Shown: in pieces, positions 9,510 through 17,801 of the stretch | How the letters are laid out: each line of letters begins with the position of its first letter | Position numbering within the stretch: position 1 is the first letter of the stretch | Assembly (NCBI GenBank): GCA_046598345.1 | Contig: JBKJIT010000004.1 | Location: 69,702-133,701 of the forward strand | DNA from: Minisyncoccia bacterium | Lineage (GTDB): Bacteria; Patescibacteriota; Minisyncoccia; Phycocordibacterales; UBA918 | Reading direction: 5' to 3' | DNA length: 64,000 nt | Program-made: the position numbers and the translations under genes | Notes under the pieces: generated by a model | The model's input: only the letters and a program-made list of their open reading frames with translations | Told to the model about the DNA's origin: nothing | The model's database searches: none

Positions 9510-9995
9510 ATGGCGCAAAAGCTTAATCGCAAAGATTTCCTCGTTTCTACCATCCGCAACGTCCGTCAGGTGTGGAAAAACATGAAGCCAGGAACAGCTG
9601 CCGGAGTTCAGGTACATGAGGTTTTCCAGGAAGCTCTGAGTGTGTTCACGGAGAATGAAATGCGGCAAGCCCTCAACGAACTTTTACATGAGGGTGTACT
9701 GCTCATGACTGCCACGACTGATCACTGCGTGAGAGGGAAGGTCATTCACGGCCTCACGTATATACAGGTAATACCTCTTGGGGCGCCGCTTCAGGAGTAC
9801 TACTGGAATCTAAACAATAAGGGAGACGTGGTAAAACCAAGTGAGTTCGAGCACTATGCTAAACGCTTCTCACACATGAGACTGTACGTTACTGCAGACG
9901 GATTGCCGGAACGGGTTAAGAAAAAGGACAGAGTATTCCTGGCTCAGATTGCTGCCGTCTTGCGTGCAACATCAACTAGGTATTCCGCCCAGTAG
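9510..9995 (+). CDS. Hypothetical protein
   Basis: TTGACA-N16-TACTTT promoter, AGGAG RBS, terminator at 10017-10044. Confidence 0.65.
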   Translation: MAQKLNRKDFLVSTIRNVRQVWKNMKPGTAAGVQVHEVFQEALSVFTENEMRQALNELLHEGVLLMTATTDHCVRGKVIHGLTYIQVIPLGAPLQEYYWNLNNKGDVVKPSEFEHYAKRFSHMRLYVTADGLPERVKKKDRVFLAQIAAVLRATSTRYSAQ

Positions 9996-10016
9996 AAAAA
10001 CATCACATCGCATGGC

Positions 10017-10044
10017 AAAGCCCCGCCCAATCGCGGGGCTTTTT
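10017..10044 (+). terminator. Intrinsic terminator
   Basis: AAAGCCCCGC..GCGGGGCTTTTT. Confidence 0.75.
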
Positions 10045-10095
10045 GTTGGCCCTGCTTTAAAAAATGGCTTAAAACCATGTGTGATAAACTAGTGC

Positions 10096-10218
10096 ATGCG
10101 GCAGGCATTCGCACTTCTCGGGCTCACAACCGCTATCATTGCGATCGGTGCATTCATTGCATTTGAATTTAAAGACACACCTGATGAATTGAACTCAGCT
10201 ACACAGTATTCTCAATGA
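10096..10218 (+). CDS. 40-aa single-TM small protein (below the ORF track cutoff)
   Basis: MRQAFALLGLTTAIIAIGAFIAFEFKDTPDELNSATQYSQ; ATGA overlap with the next gene; TAAACT-N5-ATG. Confidence 0.55.
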   Translation: MRQAFALLGLTTAIIAIGAFIAFEFKDTPDELNSATQYSQ

Positions 10219-10508
10219 TTACACTATTTGGAAAGACGAACTGCAGGTACACGACTGAAGTGGTGGGAATACTCGATGAGTATCGACTTTCGTACGTGAA
10301 GAAAAATATCGCGAACGTTGAGGTGCTCTCTGAACTTCTTGACCTTGGGGGAAAACGGCAGGTCCCGTATCTCATAGATAATGGACTACACCTGTATGAA
10401 TCAGATGCGATTATTGCATATCTCAGAGAAACATATGGGGAAGGGAAGGAACATCCAGTGAAAATGAACATTCATATCGCTGAGGAGGGTACCTGCGCAT
10501 CACTCTAG
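10215..10508 (+). CDS. Glutaredoxin/GST-N-terminal-like protein
   Basis: C.YT site, GGK.QVPYLID, YES.AII.YL. Confidence 0.85.
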   Translation: MITLFGKTNCRYTTEVVGILDEYRLSYVKKNIANVEVLSELLDLGGKRQVPYLIDNGLHLYESDAIIAYLRETYGEGKEHPVKMNIHIAEEGTCASL

Positions 10509-10582
10509 GCAAACAACTGAGTGGTATACTGATAAAAGTACCCATACGAGTGAGAGTGCTATTACGAGCTAATACATATCCC

Positions 10583-10951
10583 ATGACTATTCCATCAATT
10601 ACAACAAAGGCGACGAATATTACGATTACTCCCAAAATTCACGAGCTTATTGAGCAGAAGTTCGCGCCCTTGGGTAAATTTATTCCGAAAGGAGCAGAAA
10701 ATACTATCTGCGAAGTTGAACTTTCAAAGATAGCTGAACATCAGTCAGGAAAGATTTACAGAGCAGAAGCAAACCTTACCATCTTGGGAAAACTGTATCG
10801 AGCAGAAGCTACAGAAGAGCATATTGAAAAAGCGATTGATGAGGTGCGTGACGAACTTAAGAGGGAATTGGTTCGCGCAAGTGGAAAGCGTGAGAGCCTT
10901 ATCAAGCGCGGCGGTAGAAAGATAAAGGAAATGATGCAGTTTGGAGGGTAG
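10583..10951 (+). CDS. raiA: Ribosome hibernation factor HPF/RaiA (S30AE)
   Basis: I..K..NI.ITP.I...IE.K; Y.AE.NL...G; AID...D.L.R.L. Confidence 0.85.
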   Translation: MTIPSITTKATNITITPKIHELIEQKFAPLGKFIPKGAENTICEVELSKIAEHQSGKIYRAEANLTILGKLYRAEATEEHIEKAIDEVRDELKRELVRASGKRESLIKRGGRKIKEMMQFGG

Positions 10952-10957
10952 CTAATA

Positions 10958-11824
10958 TCACACCTCAGGATTGAAATCGCTATATACCATCTCTCTTTTG
11001 CCTTCGGGAACGACTCGGAGTATTTTGAGTGAACCGTTAGGAGCAAGTTCAGCATCCTCAATTTTCACACGAATTCGTTTTCCATTTTTTTCAACAAAAA
11101 AGAATGTTCCTGGCCACCCGTCAAAAGCACGAATTTTTAAAAGATTTTGGTATGGATCATCATCCAGGTTAATTTCACCCATTTCTTTTGTAATTTTCTC
11201 GCAGAATGTAGCACTCCCATGCTGTTGCGGGGTGGGGGACATTTTTCCCTCTACCCAGTCAGGAAGGGTATGGACAAGCAACTGTGCTCCTTCACGTGCG
11301 AGGAGTTCGTCGAGCTCGTTTCCCCGCGGCGGCCATACGGGAGTCTGAATTATTTTCTGTGCCGCGATTGGTCCGTGGTCGAGCTCGTTGTCGAGTTGAA
11401 TGATGGTGACTCCTGTTTCTTTTGCATCCCGTAGGATTGCAGAACGGATAGGACTCGCGCCACGAAAGTGTGGAAGGAGAGACGGGTGCATATTGAGTGT
11501 CTTGTGGGGAGGAATTTGAAGCACACGCTCTGGAATAATTTTTCCATATGCGGCCACAATAAAGAGATCTGCGTTTGCTTCCTGTAGCACTGTGTACACC
11601 GTGTCATCTTTCAGTGTCCCTGGTTCTAGTGTAGGAATGTTCCGAGCTTCTGCCCACACTTTTACCGGAGTGGGAGTGAGTTCCTGATGTCGACCGGTCG
11701 GCCGATCGGGATTTGTGACGACGAGTACAGGAAGGTATCCGTCTTTTTCGAGTTCTTCCAAAACCCACACCGCAATATTTGGTGTGCCAAAAAATACAAA
11801 TCGTATGGATGTATTGTTATTCAT
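10958..11824 (-). CDS. fmt: Methionyl-tRNA formyltransferase
   Basis: FFGTP, VVT.PD.P.GR, AAYG.I, N.HPSLLP..RGASPI. Confidence 0.95.
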   Translation of the reverse strand: MNNNTSIRFVFFGTPNIAVWVLEELEKDGYLPVLVVTNPDRPTGRHQELTPTPVKVWAEARNIPTLEPGTLKDDTVYTVLQEANADLFIVAAYGKIIPERVLQIPPHKTLNMHPSLLPHFRGASPIRSAILRDAKETGVTIIQLDNELDHGPIAAQKIIQTPVWPPRGNELDELLAREGAQLLVHTLPDWVEGKMSPTPQQHGSATFCEKITKEMGEINLDDDPYQNLLKIRAFDGWPGTFFFVEKNGKRIRVKIEDAELAPNGSLKILRVVPEGKREMVYSDFNPEV

Positions 11825-12356
11825 CGGTTGCTTCGTGAAATTTCTTTGCTTCCAACTCATCTTTGTCCCAGACCTTTACTGCGCGATCGGTAAACAAAAT
11901 ACCATCCAAGTGGTCTACTTCGTGTTGAAAGATTTGCGCGAGGATACCACTTGCACCGCGTTCATACGGACCCCCTTTTTCATCAAACGCGCGAATCGTT
12001 GTATGGGTTGAGCGCTCCACTGCACCGTAATCTAGGGGCACAGATAGGCAGCCTTCACCCACCACCTTCTTACGTTTTGAAAGCTTGGTGATCTTAGGAT
12101 TGATTGCCACAAGATCCGGGATGACTTTGTCTTTGTCGCGCTCTTTGTTCGTGTCGTGGACGAGAAATATGCGGAGTGGAATTCCGATTTGTGGAGCAGC
12201 AATTGCGACACCGCTAAAACCCTCCACGTTGTACGCGAGGAGAGCTGCACGCATATCCTTTATGACTTTCTGAATCTTCGGAGAGGATATAGTCTCTACA
12301 GGCACCTCATCCGCAATTCCATGCAGGGCGGGGTGGTCTTTTTTTACGAGCTTCAT
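11817..12356 (-). CDS. def: Peptide deformylase
   Basis: GVAIAAPQIG, EGCLS, QHEVDHLDG; start overlaps coupled with fmt. Confidence 0.95.
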   Translation of the reverse strand: MKLVKKDHPALHGIADEVPVETISSPKIQKVIKDMRAALLAYNVEGFSGVAIAAPQIGIPLRIFLVHDTNKERDKDKVIPDLVAINPKITKLSKRKKVVGEGCLSVPLDYGAVERSTHTTIRAFDEKGGPYERGASGILAQIFQHEVDHLDGILFTDRAVKVWDKDELEAKKFHEATDE

Positions 12357-12396
12357 ACCCACAATATAGCGCAGATTATGCATACACTACAACTCA

Positions 12397-12521
12397 TTAG
12401 AAGCCATAGTGCTGTCTCAGGTACGCGGAGGCGAGTCATGAAAACAGGAGACGTATGTCTATACGATGACTGTTCGAATGATGAAGTCAACAAAGTAGAT
12501 GGGCGGCAGTATGGCTTCTAA
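12397..12521 (-). repeat. Structured stop-codon-associated element, copy A (after priA)
   Basis: Minus strand: CATCTACTTTGTTG...TCATCGTAT-AGAC-ATACGTCTC...CGTACCTGA inside a 12-bp outer inverted repeat. Confidence 0.85.
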
Positions 12522-14411
12522 CTAGATAATCCGGTCAGGATTGATAACAATCCGAATAGAAGGCGGCAACTCACGAAGCGTCGCAGCAAGTTGTTGGTCA
12601 GGCCACTTATTTGGCGGCAATCGAATGAGTCCAAACTGCATCACTGCACCTTTTGGTGGAAAGGAAGAATTATAAATTGAAATACCATACGGGGCGAGAA
12701 CGGTCTTGATTAGATTTTCCATTTTTTCTACAACATCTTTTTGTCCTTGCCAGGTAAGGTGAACGAAAGTTGCGAAAGGGGGGTACGAGAATGTCTTCCG
12801 AAGCTCGAGTTCTTCGTTATAAAATTGCTCAATCGAACCGCGCGCTGCGAGATCAATGAGTGAGCGTTCTTTTGTTCGCGCCTGCACGTACACCGTCTGC
12901 TTGGTAAGTTCTCGAAGCTTGAGGAGAAGGGCAAAATTCTCTTCTTGAAGTCGCCACGTTGGTGTCGCATTAAGAGAGTCCATATTGACGACGATCGATA
13001 CATCGATCGGCTCATGAATGTACGGCAGCGCCATCGTCGTTCCAATCATGATTGATCCCTTGGTGTTGTAAAACGTATGCGCAAGAAACATTGCTTTCTT
13101 GTGTGTGCTTGCAGTCGTGTGATCGAACAGCGTGATTGCAGTTTTGGGAAGCAGTTTTCCGAGTTCATCATGCACATACTGAATTCCTATGCCGCGTTCA
13201 CGTAGTCGCCACGACCCACACTCATCACAGGTATCCTGCGCCCGCTTCCTTTCGCCGGAGGAAGGGCAGACGAACCAGCGTTCCTCAACTCCATTTTTGT
13301 TTGTTCGTATGAGGGAATACGGCGCGCCACTCTCTTCAGACCTGAAGATATACCCACAGTCGAGACAGGCAACGACGGGCGAGAGACCGCGCCTCGCAGC
13401 AAACAAGAAGACGTGCCCCCTTTTCTTTAAGACTTCTTTAATAGCTTCGATAACCTTGGGAGAAAAGAGTTTAAACGGAGTCGTACCATCTAATTTTTCC
13501 TGCATCAGCACGAGTTCAAGTTTCGCTTTGGTCTCAATGCGTTTTGGATTTTCACCGTAGGTTTGGTACTCATCCGTGCGCCGCATGTATTCTTCTTCGC
13601 TTCGAGGTACGATGTCGGCCATAATGATTCTTCTTCCCGCGTGCTTTGCGTGTACACGATGGACTTCTCGATAATCAAGGTAGGGACGTACCAACTCTTT
13701 GTAATAGGGTGACCGAGCACACTCCATAATAACGAGTGTGATGTCATGGCGTTCGAGAAGGGAATGGGAAGGTGTAGCGATTATAAGTTTTGGTTTACTA
13801 AAGTCATCGAGCGCTTCGTATGCAGCGCGCATATGTGGTTTCCCCATTGTGCTCGTGAGGAGAATCGTGCGGTCGACAATACCCGGGGAAAGATATTTGA
13901 AGAGTTCGTTCGCTTCGCCCGAAGTTGGCACCACACAGACCACCGAACCGCTATGCGCAAATGTCTCGCGGACGAGAGAGCGGTAGGAAAGGTAGCGCTC
14001 TCTCGAATGTGCGGTGAGAACTTCAGGAGTGAATGTCTCAGTTGGTATGACGTGATGGGTATGAGGTAGGGGAATTTCTCCGTTTCGAATATCAGGCGGC
14101 AAAAGGTTATAGAGAATCGCTCCCACGCTCGACGCGTAATAGAGCGACAGTTCTTCAGCTGTTTGTATGTACGCAGGAGAAAGACTTTGCACATTTTCTT
14201 GCGGAGGTAGTTTCTTAAGAGAAAACGTGGCAGCGCGGAGTGCTGTTTTTGCACCGCTCACTTCCTCGGTTCGAGTTACCACCCCCAGAAAAGATTGATT
14301 TCGTACGGGAATCGTAAGAACCGTGCCACATTCATACTTCGTTGCGGAGTAGTAGGAAAGCGTATCAATCTGTACACCGCGTTTAAGTGGAATGACGTCG
14401 ATTACGAACAT
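12522..14411 (-). CDS. priA: Primosomal protein N' (PriA-like), helicase motifs degenerate
   Basis: N-terminal 3'-DNA-binding region, RRG.SP...C..CG Zn region, G.G...V..EL, E...R....YPPF. Confidence 0.85.
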   Translation of the reverse strand: MFVIDVIPLKRGVQIDTLSYYSATKYECGTVLTIPVRNQSFLGVVTRTEEVSGAKTALRAATFSLKKLPPQENVQSLSPAYIQTAEELSLYYASSVGAILYNLLPPDIRNGEIPLPHTHHVIPTETFTPEVLTAHSRERYLSYRSLVRETFAHSGSVVCVVPTSGEANELFKYLSPGIVDRTILLTSTMGKPHMRAAYEALDDFSKPKLIIATPSHSLLERHDITLVIMECARSPYYKELVRPYLDYREVHRVHAKHAGRRIIMADIVPRSEEEYMRRTDEYQTYGENPKRIETKAKLELVLMQEKLDGTTPFKLFSPKVIEAIKEVLKKRGHVFLFAARRGLSPVVACLDCGYIFRSEESGAPYSLIRTNKNGVEERWFVCPSSGERKRAQDTCDECGSWRLRERGIGIQYVHDELGKLLPKTAITLFDHTTASTHKKAMFLAHTFYNTKGSIMIGTTMALPYIHEPIDVSIVVNMDSLNATPTWRLQEENFALLLKLRELTKQTVYVQARTKERSLIDLAARGSIEQFYNEELELRKTFSYPPFATFVHLTWQGQKDVVEKMENLIKTVLAPYGISIYNSSFPPKGAVMQFGLIRLPPNKWPDQQLAATLRELPPSIRIVINPDRII

Positions 14412-14452
14412 GCCTGCATTCTAGCAAATGGAGGGTGAAGGGAGAAATATAA

Positions 14453-14493
14453 GAGCCCGGCAAGGAAAATGTAGATTTTTCCTTGCCGGGCTC
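14453..14493 (-). terminator. Hairpin/terminator after the HTH gene
   Basis: GAGCCCGGCAAGGAAAA/TTTTCCTTGCCGGGCTC 17-bp stem. Confidence 0.7.
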
Positions 14494-14505
14494 ATGCCGC
14501 GCGGT

Positions 14506-14868
14506 TCACGTTTTGACGACCTTGGGCTCCAGGATTAACTCGTACTCGGTGTTTCCAACGCACACAACGAATTTGAGTTTACCTCCCATGCCCTCGATGA
14601 GCGACTTAAGTCTTTCTGTGTCGCAGCTCCCACGCTGCTCAACTCGCCAAACGTTTGAACGGTGAACCCCGGATGCACGGCTGAGATCTGGGCGTCCTAG
14701 CCCTAACCTTTCGCGCAGTTCTTCCAAACGTAGCCGGATTCGGTTTTCCGGACGTTCGTCAGAGAGGAGCCTCACCGAGGATTCATGAGCTTTACCTGCG
14801 GGCCGCCAATATAAATCTGAAAGATCACGCATAAGTGCCACATCTGCGGCTGCTTCGTTCTCAGTCAT
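14506..14868 (-). CDS. XRE-family helix-turn-helix protein
   Basis: L.ELRERLGL...DLS..SGV....V.R.E.....L..LIE.MGG.L; AAGGA RBS. Confidence 0.7.
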   Translation of the reverse strand: MTENEAAADVALMRDLSDLYWRPAGKAHESSVRLLSDERPENRIRLRLEELRERLGLGRPDLSRASGVHRSNVWRVEQRGSCDTERLKSLIEGMGGKLKFVVCVGNTEYELILEPKVVKT

Positions 14869-14931
14869 TGCCGTTCCTTTCACTGTGAGTGTCTAAAAAA
14901 AGCCTACCATGCACATTCAAAAACACAACGG

Positions 14932-16434
14932 CTAGAATTCATCATGGTAGGCAATATGTGCCCCGAGCGCGGATAAGCGTTCCACTAAGTTTTCATACCC
15001 ACGATTGATGCTGTAAATGTTGCGTAGGATTGATGTGCCTTTTGCTCCAAGCATGCCAATAAGAAGAATCGTAGCTGGGCGAAGTGCGGGCGGACAAATA
15101 AGCTCTGCTCCACGAAGTGGAGTCTTTCCAGTTACGTAGATTCGATGAGGATCTGCAAGGACGGTTTCAGCACCGAGCTTATCAAGCTCAGTAAAGTAGA
15201 GCGCTCGTTTTTCATACATCCAGTCATGAATAAGCGTTTGGCCCACTGCCTGTGTAGCAATAACAGCAAAGAAGGGAAGATTGTCTGCATTCAGTCCCGG
15301 ATACGGGCGAGCATGTACTTTGTCCGCTGGTGCCATGAGTACTGAAGGATGCGTCGTGATATCGACGAGTCGCGTGAGACCATTTAGAGCGAGGTATGGT
15401 TTGCTCAGTGTATATTTGAATCCCATTTTTTCCAGCACCAGGAGTTCGATTTCAAGAAAATCAATCGGTGAGCGTTTGATTGTGATTTTTGAATTGGTGA
15501 GAATCGCGGCACTGAGAAAAAACATTGTGTCTGTCGGATCTTCTGAAAGGGTGTATTCGATATCCGTATCAATTTTCGCGATGCCGGTTACCGTGAGAGT
15601 AGTTGTGCCCACACCTTCAATCTGTACACCAAGCGCATTTAGAAATGCGCACATTTCTTGCACCATGTAGTTTGCGGACGCGTACTTAATCGTTGTGACG
15701 CAAGGGGCAAGAGCGGCAGCGAGAAGTGCATTTTCAGTAACGGTATCGCCGGATTCATACAGAATAATCTCCTCCGGGCATTTCCCAGCAACTTTGATAT
15801 GGAACGCGTCCTCGGTTGTATCAATATGTACCCCAAAGTGTTCGAGTGCATAAAAGTGGGGGCGTACGGTACGGCTTCCAAGCTTGCATCCACCTGATTG
15901 GGGCAGGCTGAACTCATTCATATAGTGAATGAGCGGTCCAATGAACATTACGATGCTCCGCGTGCGACTTGCAGCCGCTTTGTCGATCTTCTTTAGGTTA
16001 AACCTCTTTGGTGGTGTAATTATGATGTCACTATCACTCCATTCGACGCGTACACCAATTGATTCCAGTACTTCAATGAGTCGATGCACCTCCTCAATGC
16101 GTGGCATCTTTCTAAGCGTAGTTGTGCCACGGTTGAGGAGGGAGGCGCAGAGAAGACCGACAGCCCCATTCTTTGAGGTGCTCGTCGTAACAGTTCCTTT
16201 TAGTTTTTTACCTCCCGTAATTTTAAGATTCACCGTGCCGGGGGACAGTGTCAACAGATTTTTCTTAAGAGCAGCACTTACCTTCTTCAGCATTTCTGCA
16301 CTCACGTTCTGTTTACCTGTTTCAATACGTGCAATCGCGCTTTGCGTCGTCCCGAGCTTTCGAGCGAGATCAGTTTGCGTCATTCCTTGGGTTTCTCGTA
16401 GGTCGGCAATCCGAATTCCAATGTCTTTTTCCAT
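14932..16434 (-). CDS. murA: UDP-GlcNAc 1-carboxyvinyltransferase with N-terminal XRE HTH fusion
   Basis: HTH (TQ.DLA..LGTTQSAIAR.E.G), then SKN, GGCKLGSR (catalytic Cys) and I.RGYE. Confidence 0.95.
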   Translation of the reverse strand: MEKDIGIRIADLRETQGMTQTDLARKLGTTQSAIARIETGKQNVSAEMLKKVSAALKKNLLTLSPGTVNLKITGGKKLKGTVTTSTSKNGAVGLLCASLLNRGTTTLRKMPRIEEVHRLIEVLESIGVRVEWSDSDIIITPPKRFNLKKIDKAAASRTRSIVMFIGPLIHYMNEFSLPQSGGCKLGSRTVRPHFYALEHFGVHIDTTEDAFHIKVAGKCPEEIILYESGDTVTENALLAAALAPCVTTIKYASANYMVQEMCAFLNALGVQIEGVGTTTLTVTGIAKIDTDIEYTLSEDPTDTMFFLSAAILTNSKITIKRSPIDFLEIELLVLEKMGFKYTLSKPYLALNGLTRLVDITTHPSVLMAPADKVHARPYPGLNADNLPFFAVIATQAVGQTLIHDWMYEKRALYFTELDKLGAETVLADPHRIYVTGKTPLRGAELICPPALRPATILLIGMLGAKGTSILRNIYSINRGYENLVERLSALGAHIAYHDEF

Positions 16435-16442
16435 GGGATCAA

Positions 16443-16460
16443 TATAGCATATATGCTATA
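16443..16460. promoter_or_regulatory. 18-bp perfect palindrome, candidate operator between murA and mreB
   Basis: TATAGCATATATGCTATA overlaps the TATATT -10-like hexamer 6 nt before the murA ATG. Confidence 0.6.
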
Positions 16461-16537
16461 CATCGAACCACGTGGTGTTGATAGATGAGTCACGGGCTAG
16501 TAAATTGTCAAAAAACAGATACCATATGAAGCATTGT

Positions 16538-17551
16538 ATGTTCCAACGTCTCATTCCTAAAGTTGGTATCGATTTAGGTACCACGAATATTCTCGTCTAC
16601 ATACCAGGTAAGGGCATCGTCCTTAATGAGCCTTCAGTCGTTGCAGTTTCTGACTCAAACCAAATTCTTGCGGTGGGTGCTGAGGCAAAGCGTATGATCG
16701 GGCGTACACCGGACACCATCCGTGCGTATCGTCCAATGAAAGACGGTGTGATCGCCGATTACCGTGTAACGGAGGCAATGCTTCGCTATTTTCTTAAAAA
16801 AAGTTTAGGGAGCTACAATTTCTTTAAACCTGAAGTGATGGTGTCCGTGCCCGCGGGAGTGACTTCAACTGAAAAACGCGCGGTAGTGGAGGCTGCGATT
16901 AAAGCTGGCGCACGAAATGCCTACGTCGTGAAGGAGCCGATTCTTGCAGCAATAGGCGCTAACCTTCCTATATATGAAGCGCAGGGACACATGATCGTGG
17001 ACATTGGTGGAGGAACGATTGACGTCGCGGTCATCTCCTTAGGAGGTATTGTTGTCTCAAACTCAGTGAAGTGCGCGGGGAATCGCATTGATGCTGCAAT
17101 TACGGACTATGTAAAGAAAATTCACAATCTCTCTATCGGTGAAAAGACGGCTGAAGATATTAAAATTCAAATAGGGTCAGCACTTCCACTTGAGGAGGAG
17201 TTGCCTATGGAAATAAAAGGGCGCGATCTTTTTTCTGGGCTGCCGCGCACTGTCGAGATAAAGACAAACGAAGTGGTGCGGGCGATCTCTCGTGAGCTCC
17301 ATGAAATGATCAAAGCAATTAAAGACGTCTTTCAAAACACACCACCCGAGCTTGCGTCAGATATTATTGATTGCGGCATTATTATGACCGGGGGCACATC
17401 TCAACTTCGCAATTTTCCTGAACTGGTCAAACGTCGCACGGGAGTGAAGGCAACCTTGGCTGACCAGGCGCTCTTTTGCGTCGTGAAGGGGACTGGTATT
17501 GCACTAGAACATTTAAACGCCTACAAAAAAACCATTATCGCCAAGCGTTAA
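16538..17551 (+). CDS. mreB: Rod shape protein MreB/Mbl (stand-alone paralog)
   Basis: GIDLGT, NEPSVVA, VDIGGGT, GG.SQL motifs. Confidence 0.95.
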   Translation: MFQRLIPKVGIDLGTTNILVYIPGKGIVLNEPSVVAVSDSNQILAVGAEAKRMIGRTPDTIRAYRPMKDGVIADYRVTEAMLRYFLKKSLGSYNFFKPEVMVSVPAGVTSTEKRAVVEAAIKAGARNAYVVKEPILAAIGANLPIYEAQGHMIVDIGGGTIDVAVISLGGIVVSNSVKCAGNRIDAAITDYVKKIHNLSIGEKTAEDIKIQIGSALPLEEELPMEIKGRDLFSGLPRTVEIKTNEVVRAISRELHEMIKAIKDVFQNTPPELASDIIDCGIIMTGGTSQLRNFPELVKRRTGVKATLADQALFCVVKGTGIALEHLNAYKKTIIAKR

Positions 17552-17667
17552 AATTGTGGCATCTACTTTGTTGCATTCGTCGTGCAGGCAGTCATCGTAT
17601 AGTTTTATACGCCTCCTGCCTACACTCCTCTGCGCCTCGTATCTGACACAAAATTTTAACGCTTGGC
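17540..17667 (+). repeat. Structured stop-codon-associated element, copy B (after mreB)
   Basis: GCCAAGCGTTAAAATT..CATCTACTTTGTTG..TCATCGTAT/ATACGCCTC..CGCCTCGTATCTGA..AATTTTAACGCTTGGC. Confidence 0.85.
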
Positions 17668-17801
17668 AGAGCATCTTGAAGCGTAATGGTTCAATAGCTT
17701 GGAAACACCTCCACATTTCTTACAGATCAATATTTGAGTAATATCTAGAAAACCTGGGCACATCTTCTAAATCTGTTGGCTTTGCGAGGTATCATTAGTG
17801 C

